Source: Nitrospiraceae bacterium
Lineage (GTDB): Bacteria > Nitrospirota > Thermodesulfovibrionia > UBA6902
Reading direction: 5' to 3'
DNA: 64,000 nucleotides
Assembly (NCBI GenBank): GCA_003599505.1
Contig: QZKO01000018.1
Span: 26,280-90,279 of the forward strand
The translations under genes were made by a program, and so were the position numbers. Each line of letters opens with the position of its first letter. Position 1 is the first letter of the stretch. The notes below the pieces were generated by a model. That model was not told the DNA's origin, made no database searches, and worked only from the letters and a program-made list of their open reading frames with translations. Below are positions 1-8,264 of the stretch, one piece after another.

Positions 1-427
1 GTGAAAATTCTTCGATAATCCGGTTAAAAACCTTTTTACCGATCGACGCATGAACGATTTCCCTTCCTCTGAACATCATGGTGATTTTCGCCTTGTCTCC
101 GTGTTCCAGAAATTTCTTTATGTTCTTCATTTTGAAAAGCAGGTCGTGTTCATTGATCTGCGGCCTTACTTTTATCTCTTTTACAGTTATTGTCTTGCTT
201 TTTGTTGAATGTTTTTTGCTCTGCTGGTAACGGTATTTTCCATAATCCATTACGCGGCATACAGGAGGCTGAGCGCCCGGAGCCACTTCAACAAGATCAA
301 GGTCATGCTCCTGCGCGAGTTTTATGGCGTTCCTGACATCCATTATGCCCAATTGAGCGCCGTCATGGCCTATTACCCTGACTTCTCTGGCCCTGATCCA
401 TCTGTTTATTCTGAGTTCTTTTTCTAT
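1..427 (-). CDS. infC: Translation initiation factor IF-3 (runs off left edge); probable AUA start
   Basis: Manual translation IEKELRINRWIRAREVRVIGHDGAQLGIMDV...DLDLVEVAPGAQPPVCRVMDYGKYRYQ; SD AGGAGG (438-433) 5 nt before ATA at 427, which overlaps the thrS TAG. Confidence 0.95.
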   Translation of the reverse strand, partial: MEKELRINRWIRAREVRVIGHDGAQLGIMDVRNAIKLAQEHDLDLVEVAPGAQPPVCRVMDYGKYRYQQSKKHSTKSKTITVKEIKVRPQINEHDLLFKMKNIKKFLEHGDKAKITMMFRGREIVHASIGKKVFNRIIEEFS

Positions 428-2175
428 GATTGCCTCCTGCCCGATATTCCATCTTTGAGAAATGCCGCGAGTTTCTCCACAGTCATTTCTCCGATATTTT
501 CTCCGTTTCTTTTTCTTATATTGACTGTATTGTTTTCCATTTCTTTGTCACCTATTATACACATATAGGGGGTTTTTAATACAGCGGCTTTTCTTATTTT
601 ATAGCCTATTTTCTCATTTTCTTCATCGGTGTCGACCCTGACGCCTTCAGCGATCAGAAAGTCATATATTCGCCTGCAATATTCTACATGTCTTTCGGAA
701 ATAGTCAATATGGAAATGTGCACCGGCGAAAGCCATAGAGGGAACGCCCCGGCGTAATGCTCTATCAATATCCCGAAGAAACGCTCAAGAGACCCCATGA
801 GCGCGCGGTGTATCATAATGGGCCTGTAATCTTTGCTGTCCGCGCCCCGGTATGTTATATCCAGCCGTTCCGGAATGTTAAAATCCACCTGAATGGTGCT
901 GCACTGCCATTGCCTGCCGAGAGTATCTCTTACTTTAATGTCGATCTTCGGGCCGTAAAATACACCTTCGCCGGGGTCGATTTCATACTTCAGCCCCTTT
1001 TGTGAAAGCGCGTTCTCAAGCGCTCCGGTCGCCTTTTTCCATGCCGCGTCTGTTCCCACATATTTCTCAGGCCTTGTTGAAAGATAAATATCATAGTCGG
1101 AAAACCCGAATGTCTTCAGAATGAATAATGTAAACTCCAGCACCCTTAAGACTTCATCTTCGATCTGGTCTTCCATGCAGAATATGTGAGCGTCGTCCTG
1201 GGTAAACCCTCTCACTCTGAGGAGACCGTGCAGCACGCCGGAGCGTTCGTACCTGTAAACGGTGCCGAGCTCTGCAAACCGCAGCGGCAGGTCCCTGTAG
1301 CTCCTTAGATGACTCTTGAAAACAGATACATGGAAAGGACAGTTCATGGGTTTTATTTCATACTCCAGCCCTTCGATTTCCATGGGCGAATACATGTTCT
1401 CCTTATAAAAATCCACATGTCCTGTCTTTTTCCATAAATCGAGTTTTGCCATATGAGGAGTGTAAAGCACCTGATAGCCCGCCCTGTAATGTTCGTCCAG
1501 CCAGAAATTTTCAATAGACCTTCTGACGGCGGCGCCCCTTGGGTGCCAGAGCACCAGGCCCGGGCCTATGTCGTCATTCATGCTGAAAAGGTCGAGTTCC
1601 CTGCCGAGCCTCCTGTGGTCCCTCTTCCGGACTTCTTCAAGGAACTCAAGATGCTTCTTCAGCTCATCTTTTGTCGGAAACGAAACGCCGTAAATACGCT
1701 GGAGCATCTTGTTCTTCTCGTCACCCCGCCAGTAAGCGCCGGCAACGGACAGGAGTTTGAAGGCCCTGACCTTCCCGGTGGATTCAAGATGAGGCCCCCG
1801 GCAGAGGTCAATAAAATTGTCCTCTTCATAGAGTGATACGGTTTCGTCCGCGATCTCATTTATCAGTTGAACCTTATATTCCTCACCGCGCTCCCTGAAA
1901 AACCTTGCCGCTTCTTCTTTCGGCAATTCTTTTTTTATAAACGGTTTGTTCGCTTTTATGATTTCCTTCATTTTTTCTTCGATGCGGGGCAGGTCTTCCT
2001 GTGTAAAGGCATGACCGCTGTCGAAATCATAATAGAAGCCGTCAGGGATGGCGGGGCCTATGGCAAGTCTTGTATCCGGAAAAAGCTCTTTAACGGCATG
2101 CGCCATAATGTGGGAAGTGCTGTGGCGGTACGTGTTGAGAAATTCCTTATCGTTTTGCGGCTCTTCTAAAATAAT
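424..2175 (-). CDS. thrS: Threonyl-tRNA synthetase, short form without N-terminal TGS domain; probable AUU start (2175 or 2172)
   Basis: Motifs RHSTSHIM, GFYYDF, DLCRGPH, KPMNCP, RVRGFTQDDAH, FYGPKID, IHRA. Conserved sequence extends upstream of the ATG at 2106 to an in-frame TGA at 2178-2176; SD AAGGAGGT at 2188-2181. Confidence 0.95.
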   Translation of the reverse strand: MILEEPQNDKEFLNTYRHSTSHIMAHAVKELFPDTRLAIGPAIPDGFYYDFDSGHAFTQEDLPRIEEKMKEIIKANKPFIKKELPKEEAARFFRERGEEYKVQLINEIADETVSLYEEDNFIDLCRGPHLESTGKVRAFKLLSVAGAYWRGDEKNKMLQRIYGVSFPTKDELKKHLEFLEEVRKRDHRRLGRELDLFSMNDDIGPGLVLWHPRGAAVRRSIENFWLDEHYRAGYQVLYTPHMAKLDLWKKTGHVDFYKENMYSPMEIEGLEYEIKPMNCPFHVSVFKSHLRSYRDLPLRFAELGTVYRYERSGVLHGLLRVRGFTQDDAHIFCMEDQIEDEVLRVLEFTLFILKTFGFSDYDIYLSTRPEKYVGTDAAWKKATGALENALSQKGLKYEIDPGEGVFYGPKIDIKVRDTLGRQWQCSTIQVDFNIPERLDITYRGADSKDYRPIMIHRALMGSLERFFGILIEHYAGAFPLWLSPVHISILTISERHVEYCRRIYDFLIAEGVRVDTDEENEKIGYKIRKAAVLKTPYMCIIGDKEMENNTVNIRKRNGENIGEMTVEKLAAFLKDGISGRRQS

Positions 2176-2193
2176 TCAATACCTCCTTCGGGA

Positions 2194-2214
2194 CCCTGCC
2201 CTGTTCCGTGTCAA
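2194..2214 (-). repeat. Degenerate copy of tRNA-Val anticodon loop/variable region (att-like relic)
   Basis: ccctgccctgttccgtgtcaa vs ccctgacctcttccgtgtcaa at 13157-13177: 19/21 identical, same orientation. Confidence 0.6.
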
Positions 2215-3584
2215 AGTATAGCAGAAGAAGCTTTGCCTTTTCCAGATGTTACCAAATTATTCCAACGCGCAGCCTTTACCGCGATGAGCGCGGGAAACCG
2301 TACGGTCAGCGTCTGCGAAAAATCGAGAAAGGGCGCGCCGCTGCCCGCGGTCCCGGGGACCTCTCCGAGCCTGCGCTTCACCACGTGAAGGTGCGCAAGA
2401 AGAAACCCTTCCGACAATCGCCTGTCGGCCTCGATGAGCGCGTCAAAGACATCCCTGAAATGAATGGTCCGCGCGTCCGCACAGAGGAACCGGGCAGCCC
2501 CGCACGCCGGGCCGTACCGCGCCCTTCTTGCGTTCTCATCGCGCACGGCCCGGGACCAATCCTCTTTGAACACCCTCCCCTTCCTTTCCAGCAATGCCAT
2601 TTCGTCTTCCGTCAACCGGGGCGACAGATCGCGTTTTTTTCTGATCCTTTCGGTTCCCTCCCTCATCCTCTCCCTGAATGCGTCCTCCATATCACGGAAC
2701 GATATCTCGTCGTCAGGAAGCATGGGGACCGGGCACGTCGGGTCAGTAGTCAAACGTCCGAGCTCATCTATGGACGATATTCGGGTGAGCATATCATGCG
2801 CCAGTTTGTCCAACTCCGCAACCGGCGCATATGGGCTACTGTGAGGCGGCGTGGCTATATCAGCGCCCTCCCGCAGGATTAACCCGTCGACTAATCTTAC
2901 AAGGCCCGCGTTTTCCGACTCTGCCGCAGCCCGCATGATACCTGCGTCGTCCATTCCGAGGTAGTTCTTTAAATAAAAATCCGCGGGGAACAGCCGTATT
3001 GCGAGCAGCGGCGATTTGCCGAGGGCCCTCTGTATGAGCCGGAACTGGGCGGACTGAAACCCGCTTGCGGCCGCGAGATTAGGCCTGAATTTTTCCGTAA
3101 ACTCCCGGTTGTCGAACAATTCATCAGTCGCGAGATACCCCATAATCGATGGGACCATGCGCTTGCATGAATGCCTGATCCGCGCCGCGGATGTACTCGC
3201 GGGTCTCCAGAAATCCTCAGCCCCTGCCGCGTTATCACCTGTTCCGAGGCCTGTAAGACGGAAAAGCTCCCGGCCTTCAGCCTCCATGACTGCGCGGAAT
3301 GTGGCGGCAATCACCCGGAGATCGAAGATCATCTGCCTGAATACCAGTTCAAACATCTGGTGCGCGATGATGAATATCCGCTCATCAGGGGCGCGCGAGG
3401 TCGGCGCCTGTGCGCTCAGAAGCGTATCGAGTCTCAGATACCGGTGATAGGAGAGCAGCCTCTTGCCGTCGAATTCGGGATTGACTTCGACAGTGCCCTT
3501 ATCAGGATCGTCACGGATCGTTTCGCCCCTCTGTGCCGGGTCGACTGAAAAGCACCACCAGTTCGCATCAGGCCGCGGATTCAT
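2211..3584 (-). CDS. Tryptophan 2,3-dioxygenase-family heme protein (long, divergent)
   Basis: YLRLDTLLSAQ, ERIFIIAHQMFEL (distal His), FRPNLAAASGFQSAQFR, AHLHVVKRRLG (proximal His), GTAGS loop. Confidence 0.85.
   Translation of the reverse strand: MNPRPDANWWCFSVDPAQRGETIRDDPDKGTVEVNPEFDGKRLLSYHRYLRLDTLLSAQAPTSRAPDERIFIIAHQMFELVFRQMIFDLRVIAATFRAVMEAEGRELFRLTGLGTGDNAAGAEDFWRPASTSAARIRHSCKRMVPSIMGYLATDELFDNREFTEKFRPNLAAASGFQSAQFRLIQRALGKSPLLAIRLFPADFYLKNYLGMDDAGIMRAAAESENAGLVRLVDGLILREGADIATPPHSSPYAPVAELDKLAHDMLTRISSIDELGRLTTDPTCPVPMLPDDEISFRDMEDAFRERMREGTERIRKKRDLSPRLTEDEMALLERKGRVFKEDWSRAVRDENARRARYGPACGAARFLCADARTIHFRDVFDALIEADRRLSEGFLLAHLHVVKRRLGEVPGTAGSGAPFLDFSQTLTVRFPALIAVKAARWNNLVTSGKGKASSAIL
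2215..2223 (-). promoter_or_regulatory. Extended -10 promoter candidate for thrS-infC
   Basis: TGcTATACT at the 3' end of the TDO-like gene; weak -35. Confidence 0.35.
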
Positions 3585-4780
3585 CGCGCCCGTCCTCTGA
3601 GGGCTTCTTGCAGCGCCGCGGCGAACCCGGGCAGCGCGCGTTCGACCATCCCGTCATCAGCGGTGAGGGAGAGACGAAAATATCCGGGGATGTCCATGAC
3701 GGATCCGGGGATGCAAAAAATATTGTATCCGGCAAGCATCTTCACAAAGACAAAGTCATCGGCAATCGGTGAACGCACGATCACGTAGAACGTGCCTTCC
3801 GGCATGTTCGTCTCATATCCCATTGCCTGAAGTGCTGAAACGAGACGGTCCCTTCGCTGTTGAAGCCGGCTGATATCGATCGATATCCGGTCCAGATCGG
3901 CCAACGCGTGCTGAAGCAGGGCGTTGGGGAATGCCCAGCCCGCGAGCATCTGAAAACCGTAGAGCGCCCTCCGCATGTCTTCCCGGTCCGGCATCTCCGG
4001 CGGCAGCGCGATGAAGCCTATCCTCTGGCCGGGGGTAAGAAGGACCTTTCCATAGGTATAAACCAGAAACGACCGGGGATAGAATGCCGTAGGGCTGTGG
4101 TATGCCCGTCCGTCGAAGATGATCCGGCTGTATGCCTCATCGGAGATCAGATAGACTGGCCGCCCTCCCCGGCCGGATGCCTCCGTGAGCATGGCGGCGA
4201 GGGCCTTGAGCGTTTCAGGAGGATAGATCTTGCCCGTAGGATTATGAGGCGAATTCACGATTATCGCCCTGGTCCTCTGCGTCAGCGCGCCGCCGATTGC
4301 ATTCAGGTCCAGATCGAGCGTCGTCATGTCGGCTTTCACGCGCACGGGCGCACCGCCGGCGAGCATGATCATGCCTTCGTACTGAAACCACGGCGGGCTG
4401 ATGAATATAACCTCGTCGCCCTGTTCGATGATCACATTTAACACCACATTGAGAGCGGCGGTCGATCCGTTGGTGAGGAAGATGTCCTTTTCCTCAAAGT
4501 TCACACCGCGCCATCTTCGAAGAGATTTACAAACAACGGCGCGCGATTCAGGCTCATTCATCTTATAGGTATACCACCATAGGTTCCCCGGCTCCACATG
4601 TCTCCTGAGCGCGTCCACGAACGCGGGTATCGGCGCCTCGTGCGGATTGCCCAGGGTGAAATCGCATACAGACAAATCATTCGAATGGCGCAACCATTCT
4701 GTCTCCTCCAATATCCTCTGGAGAGGAGCAAGGGCATCGAGCGCGGCCCGCGTCTTTGCGGTCAGTGACGTAGAATGCAT
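3581..4780 (-). CDS. PLP-dependent class I/II aminotransferase
   Basis: GNPH, NSPHNPTG, ISDEAY, TYGKVLLTPGQRIG (PLP Lys), PEGTFY; ATGA overlap with the TDO-like gene. Confidence 0.93.
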   Translation of the reverse strand: MHSTSLTAKTRAALDALAPLQRILEETEWLRHSNDLSVCDFTLGNPHEAPIPAFVDALRRHVEPGNLWWYTYKMNEPESRAVVCKSLRRWRGVNFEEKDIFLTNGSTAALNVVLNVIIEQGDEVIFISPPWFQYEGMIMLAGGAPVRVKADMTTLDLDLNAIGGALTQRTRAIIVNSPHNPTGKIYPPETLKALAAMLTEASGRGGRPVYLISDEAYSRIIFDGRAYHSPTAFYPRSFLVYTYGKVLLTPGQRIGFIALPPEMPDREDMRRALYGFQMLAGWAFPNALLQHALADLDRISIDISRLQQRRDRLVSALQAMGYETNMPEGTFYVIVRSPIADDFVFVKMLAGYNIFCIPGSVMDIPGYFRLSLTADDGMVERALPGFAAALQEALRGRAR

Positions 4781-4802
4781 GCATACCTCCGTATTCTGTA
4801 TT

Positions 4803-5852
4803 TCAATCTGCCTTTTCCCCGGGCTTCTTCCCGGAGACGATATGCCAATATCCGAATGTCGGTGTCACCTGTATTTCCGTAAAACCGGCCTCTCTCAGCA
4901 TTGTCGAGAGCTCGCTTCCGGAAAACTGCTGCCCCCGGGTCCAGAGAAGCATCGAGACGTTGTATCCGGCAACGGTAAACGGCCCGGCCTTGTCATCGTT
5001 GAAGAGCATTTCATGAATAATGATGCGCCCTCCTCTGTCAAGGGCCGCAAAGCTCTTGGCCGTGAGAAAGCGGCACTCTTCAGGCGTGAAGTCGTGGTAG
5101 ATGTCCGAGTAGAAATGCAGGTCTGCCTTTGGAAAAGGCCCGTTCCACATATCGACGGCACACGTGCCGATGCGTTCTTTCAACCGGAAGCGCGCGATAT
5201 ATTCATCGGCGACTTCGCACACCGGCGACAGGTCGAGGACAAAGGCCCTGAGTGACGGCCACCGCAGCGCCGCTCCGATGGAGTGCGCGCCTGAACCGCC
5301 GCCGATATCGAGCATCAAGCTGTGCTGCGACAGATCGATTGCGTCCGGCCACGCAAGTGCGGGGGCCATACTGTGGCTGTGCATCATGCGGGTAAAAACG
5401 CGGGCGCGCTCCGCCTGCGACTCATTGGTTATATACAGGTCCTCTCCGCCGTAGATCTGCGGCATGTCGGTCAGCGCCGCCCTCTTCAGGCTTTCAAGCG
5501 TCAGCACGCTGTTAGCGATCGATACGTCGAAAAATGTGCCGAAATAGGTAGGGCTGCTTTTGACAAGATATAGTTCAGATGCCGGAGTCAGGGTGAACCG
5601 GCCGTTCTGATAATCGAGTAGTCCGAGGGAGCGGCAGGCAAGGACCAGGGCTTCGGCAGGACGGGCAGGGACGCGCAGCCCGTCACAAATGTCTTTCAGG
5701 GAACGCGGCTTCTCTGACAGGAGTGAAAACAGACCGAGGGAGTGCGCAAGAAGTACGGCCTGATAGCCGTAGATGCCCATGACAATGTCATAAAACAGGC
5801 GGTCATCGGTAGCAGGCTTACTTGTGCCGGCGGAGTCAACAGGCTTCAACAA
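4803..5852 (-). CDS. SAM-dependent methyltransferase, Methyltransf_2 type with N-terminal dimerisation domain
   Basis: LDIGGGSG, DL, IYHDF, GGRIIIHE; likely TTG start at 5852 with SD AAGGAGG 6 nt upstream (ORF track start 5966 is probably too long). Confidence 0.9.
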   Translation of the reverse strand: MLKPVDSAGTSKPATDDRLFYDIVMGIYGYQAVLLAHSLGLFSLLSEKPRSLKDICDGLRVPARPAEALVLACRSLGLLDYQNGRFTLTPASELYLVKSSPTYFGTFFDVSIANSVLTLESLKRAALTDMPQIYGGEDLYITNESQAERARVFTRMMHSHSMAPALAWPDAIDLSQHSLMLDIGGGSGAHSIGAALRWPSLRAFVLDLSPVCEVADEYIARFRLKERIGTCAVDMWNGPFPKADLHFYSDIYHDFTPEECRFLTAKSFAALDRGGRIIIHEMLFNDDKAGPFTVAGYNVSMLLWTRGQQFSGSELSTMLREAGFTEIQVTPTFGYWHIVSGKKPGEKAD

Positions 5853-5874
5853 AGACGACCTCCTTCCTTTAAAT

Positions 5875-5902
5875 ATCTTATCAGGAATTGCCTTCGAGTC
5901 AA
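5875..5902 (-). promoter_or_regulatory. Sigma70-like promoter for the MT-AT-TDO operon
   Basis: TTGACT-N16-TAAGAT with TG extension. Confidence 0.45.
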
Positions 5903-6303
5903 GCCCGCGCAATATGGGAGATAAAACACGCGTAAGGAACTGCAGCAGAAGGTCAAAAGCGGACAAGACAAACGTGGAGAAGAGGGAAAGACTGAATAAA
6001 TATTAACGATCAGGCGTTCTTGTTGTCTTGTTTTGTATCTTTATTAACGCAGTTAACTTTTTTACGGACCGGTTTGCTTAAACAGGCCTTGCAAATCGTT
6101 GAACCTTTTGCATCATAACACCCATCTTCATAAATCTTTTTTTCCAAATCCTCACAATATATTCTTATCCCTTTCATATAAATATATTGTAGGCCCCATG
6201 TGATTTAATAGCAAGGCATTTCAGCGCAACGGTTCCGGTTGGAAGATGGCAAGCTGAAGAAATAAAACGCATGAAGTTCAATTAGTGATGTGTAATGCCG
6301 TTT

Positions 6304-6660
6304 CTATGTGTATTGTATGGCAACTTCATAGACAATATTTGAGTGATGGGGGCGAGGACCATTGTCATCACAACCCAGTTCTCCTTTTGACGCCTCACTG
6401 TGGTTTCTGATCATGGAGGTTATTATCCTGGTCATATCAAACCCGCCGTCAACACAGTCGTCGCTCAAACAGGCCACCTTGAAAAAAGCATAACTGTCGG
6501 GAGAGAAATTCAGGGTCCGGAGTAAAGACTTTGCCCCCCTCTGGGTGTACATTATGCTAATAACGATGCTTGCAACCTCAGGGAATTGTCCGGCCATAAA
6601 ACCCGCGTCCAGCCTCTCCTGATTTCTTTCTGCCCTTGCCTGATTATTTTTATTAAACAT
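6304..6660 (-). CDS. Hypothetical protein downstream of csp (C-x4-C...C...H)
   Basis: ATG at 6660 with SD AGGAGG; ACLSDDCVDGGFD motif. Confidence 0.75.
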   Translation of the reverse strand: MFNKNNQARAERNQERLDAGFMAGQFPEVASIVISIMYTQRGAKSLLRTLNFSPDSYAFFKVACLSDDCVDGGFDMTRIITSMIRNHSEASKGELGCDDNGPRPHHSNIVYEVAIQYT

Positions 6661-6673
6661 GTTCCTCCTGAAT

Positions 6674-6707
6674 GAGAAGTCCCTCTCCAAAGGGAAAGGG
6701 ACTTCTC
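6674..6707 (-). other. Stem-loop 3' of csp
   Basis: GAGAAGTCCCT / AGGGACTTCTC 11-bp inverted repeat; no U-tract. Confidence 0.6.
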
Positions 6708-6714
6708 TGTCTGT

Positions 6715-6915
6715 TTACAGCTTCACTACATTGATGGCTTTGGGGCCTTTCGGGCCGCTCTCAGTATCAAAACTGACCGCGTCACCTTCGGCAAGGGATT
6801 TAAATCCATTGCCCTGGATGGACGTGTGATGAACGAAAGCTTCACTTCCGTCTTCACAAGCAATAAAGCCAAAACCTTTTTGGTCGTTAAACCATTTTAC
6901 AGTTCCCTGGTTCAT
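6715..6915 (-). CDS. Cold-shock protein (CspA family)
   Basis: [15 protein letters not shown] (RNP1), AFVHH (RNP2), [10 protein letters not shown]. Confidence 0.97.
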   Translation of the reverse strand: MNQGTVKWFNDQKGFGFIACEDGSEAFVHHTSIQGNGFKSLAEGDAVSFDTESGPKGPKAINVVKL

Positions 6916-6966
6916 TTCTTTTACCTCCTTATCTATAAATTAAAATCACGGAAGTCCTCAACAATT

Positions 6967-7001
6967 AAAAAAGGCCACAAAGTTAAAAATCTTTGTGGCC
7001 T
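6967..7001 (-). promoter_or_regulatory. Terminator-like hairpin in the csp 5' leader
   Basis: AGGCCACAAAG-N8-CTTTGTGGCCT followed by U-tract, between promoter and RBS. Confidence 0.65.
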
Positions 7002-7035
7002 CATAAACGACAAAAACTTCCAAAATTCTTTACTG

Positions 7036-7064
7036 AGCTTAGCACTTCCACACACGCTTGTCAA
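7036..7064 (-). promoter_or_regulatory. Sigma70-like promoter of csp
   Basis: TTGACA-N17-TAAGCT with TG extension. Confidence 0.65.
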
Positions 7065-7292
7065 TGCCATACTCTGTCTTTGTCTCTGTCTTTGCTCTGT
7101 CTCAGGCATCAGGCGATAGGCGCAGCGGAAGACCAGACCCGCCAAGTACAGGAATTTGACAAGGGGGCAGGGATTCATGTATTGTCGTGATACCGGCTCG
7201 TGCCTTAATTCCGGTCCCCGCTGATTGGGGACATGAGCGGGGAATCCACAAACTTCCCACTTCTAAAAAGTTAATCAATCAGGAGGGTGACT

Positions 7293-7484
7293 ATGGCAAT
7301 GCGTTCAGGGATGTACAGCAGCAATAAGCGGAAGAAAGAATTGATGCGGCAGAAAAAGCAGGAAGAGAAAAGACTGAGACGGCAAAAGAACGTTAAAGAT
7401 TCTCCTCAGGACCCCGGAGAACCGGGCCCGGTGGATGCCGCGCCCGAAACAACTGCGGATGCGACGGGGCCTGTGACCGAATAA
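7293..7484 (+). CDS. Small basic hypothetical protein
   Basis: SD AGGAGG; KRKKELMRQKKQEEKRLRR then acidic/Pro tail; upstream TTGACA-containing promoter. Confidence 0.7.
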   Translation: MAMRSGMYSSNKRKKELMRQKKQEEKRLRRQKNVKDSPQDPGEPGPVDAAPETTADATGPVTE

Positions 7485-7544
7485 AAATATGAGACCACAT
7501 GGATCGTTAATTACTCAAAAGCCTGCGCAACAGGAGAACGCCCT

Positions 7545-7760
7545 ATGGACGGGACCAGACGTTCGGACATAAAACCGGGACTGCGTGTATCAATAGTGCT
7601 TAAAAAGGACCAGCGGACCGGGAAACTGACAGAAGGAATTGTAAAAGATATTTTGACCAAATCACCGGTGCATCCACATGGGATTAAAGTCCGTCTGGAA
7701 AGCGGAGAAGTAGGGCGTGTAAAAGTCGCCGGCGGTAGTCGGGATAAAGATTCTGCCTGA
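7545..7760 (+). CDS. YwbE family (DUF2196) protein
   Basis: DIKPGLRVSIVLKKDQRTGKLTEGIVKDILTKSPVHPHGIKVRLESGEVGRVK. Confidence 0.9.
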   Translation: MDGTRRSDIKPGLRVSIVLKKDQRTGKLTEGIVKDILTKSPVHPHGIKVRLESGEVGRVKVAGGSRDKDSA

Positions 7761-7830
7761 AGCTGATCGCGAATGGATAGAACGTCTTAAGGATGAAATA
7801 GATAGGAGAAGTAATAAGTAAGGCTCAGAA

Positions 7831-7971
7831 TTACTCCCCCTTCACCACAAAACTCACTGTCTCAATCACATTATTATCAAAATCAGTAAGTGATAATGTA
7901 TGCCTTCCAGGCATGGGCTTCCAGGAAACGGAGTTTTCATCGCTGCCAAGTAATTCACCGTCGGACTTAAT
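7831..7971 (-). pseudogene. Orphan C-terminal fragment resembling penicillin-binding protein 1C
   Basis: Manual translation DGELLGSDENSVSWKPMPGRHTLSLTDFDNNVIETVSFVVKGE*; in-frame stop immediately upstream. Confidence 0.55.
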
Positions 7972-8053
7972 TCATCTTTCATAATGAAGACATGTTGAAA
8001 AGATTTAAATTGAAGAGATTGACAACTCATATAATTCGGGGTAGATTCTTTCT

Positions 8054-8260
8054 ATGAAGAAATACTCATCAATAATCTTTGTTTTCCTTTTGCTCTTTCC
8101 CTTTACCATTAAAGCTCAGGAAGGTGTTCGGCAAACAAAGAAACCGGCCCCGACAGAAAGGTCCGAGTTGCGGTTTGTGATTTATGTAATAAGCGGAGGC
8201 AGGAAACCGGGCGGGTCGTTCAGCTCCGTCAATGAAGCTTTCACGCCTCCCCGTCCCTGA
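8054..8260 (+). pseudogene. Short signal-peptide-bearing ORF, probably a truncated secreted protein
   Basis: MKKYSSIIFVFLLLFPFTIKA signal; TTGACA(8019)-N17-TAGATT places +1 near the ATG. Confidence 0.35.
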
Positions 8261-8264
8261 TAAT

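Noticed and set aside
2106-2210. T-box or E. coli-type tRNA-Thr-mimic operator upstream of thrS
   Set aside because: Only ~35 nt of leader; no T-box motif; the tRNA-like segment carries the Val anticodon.
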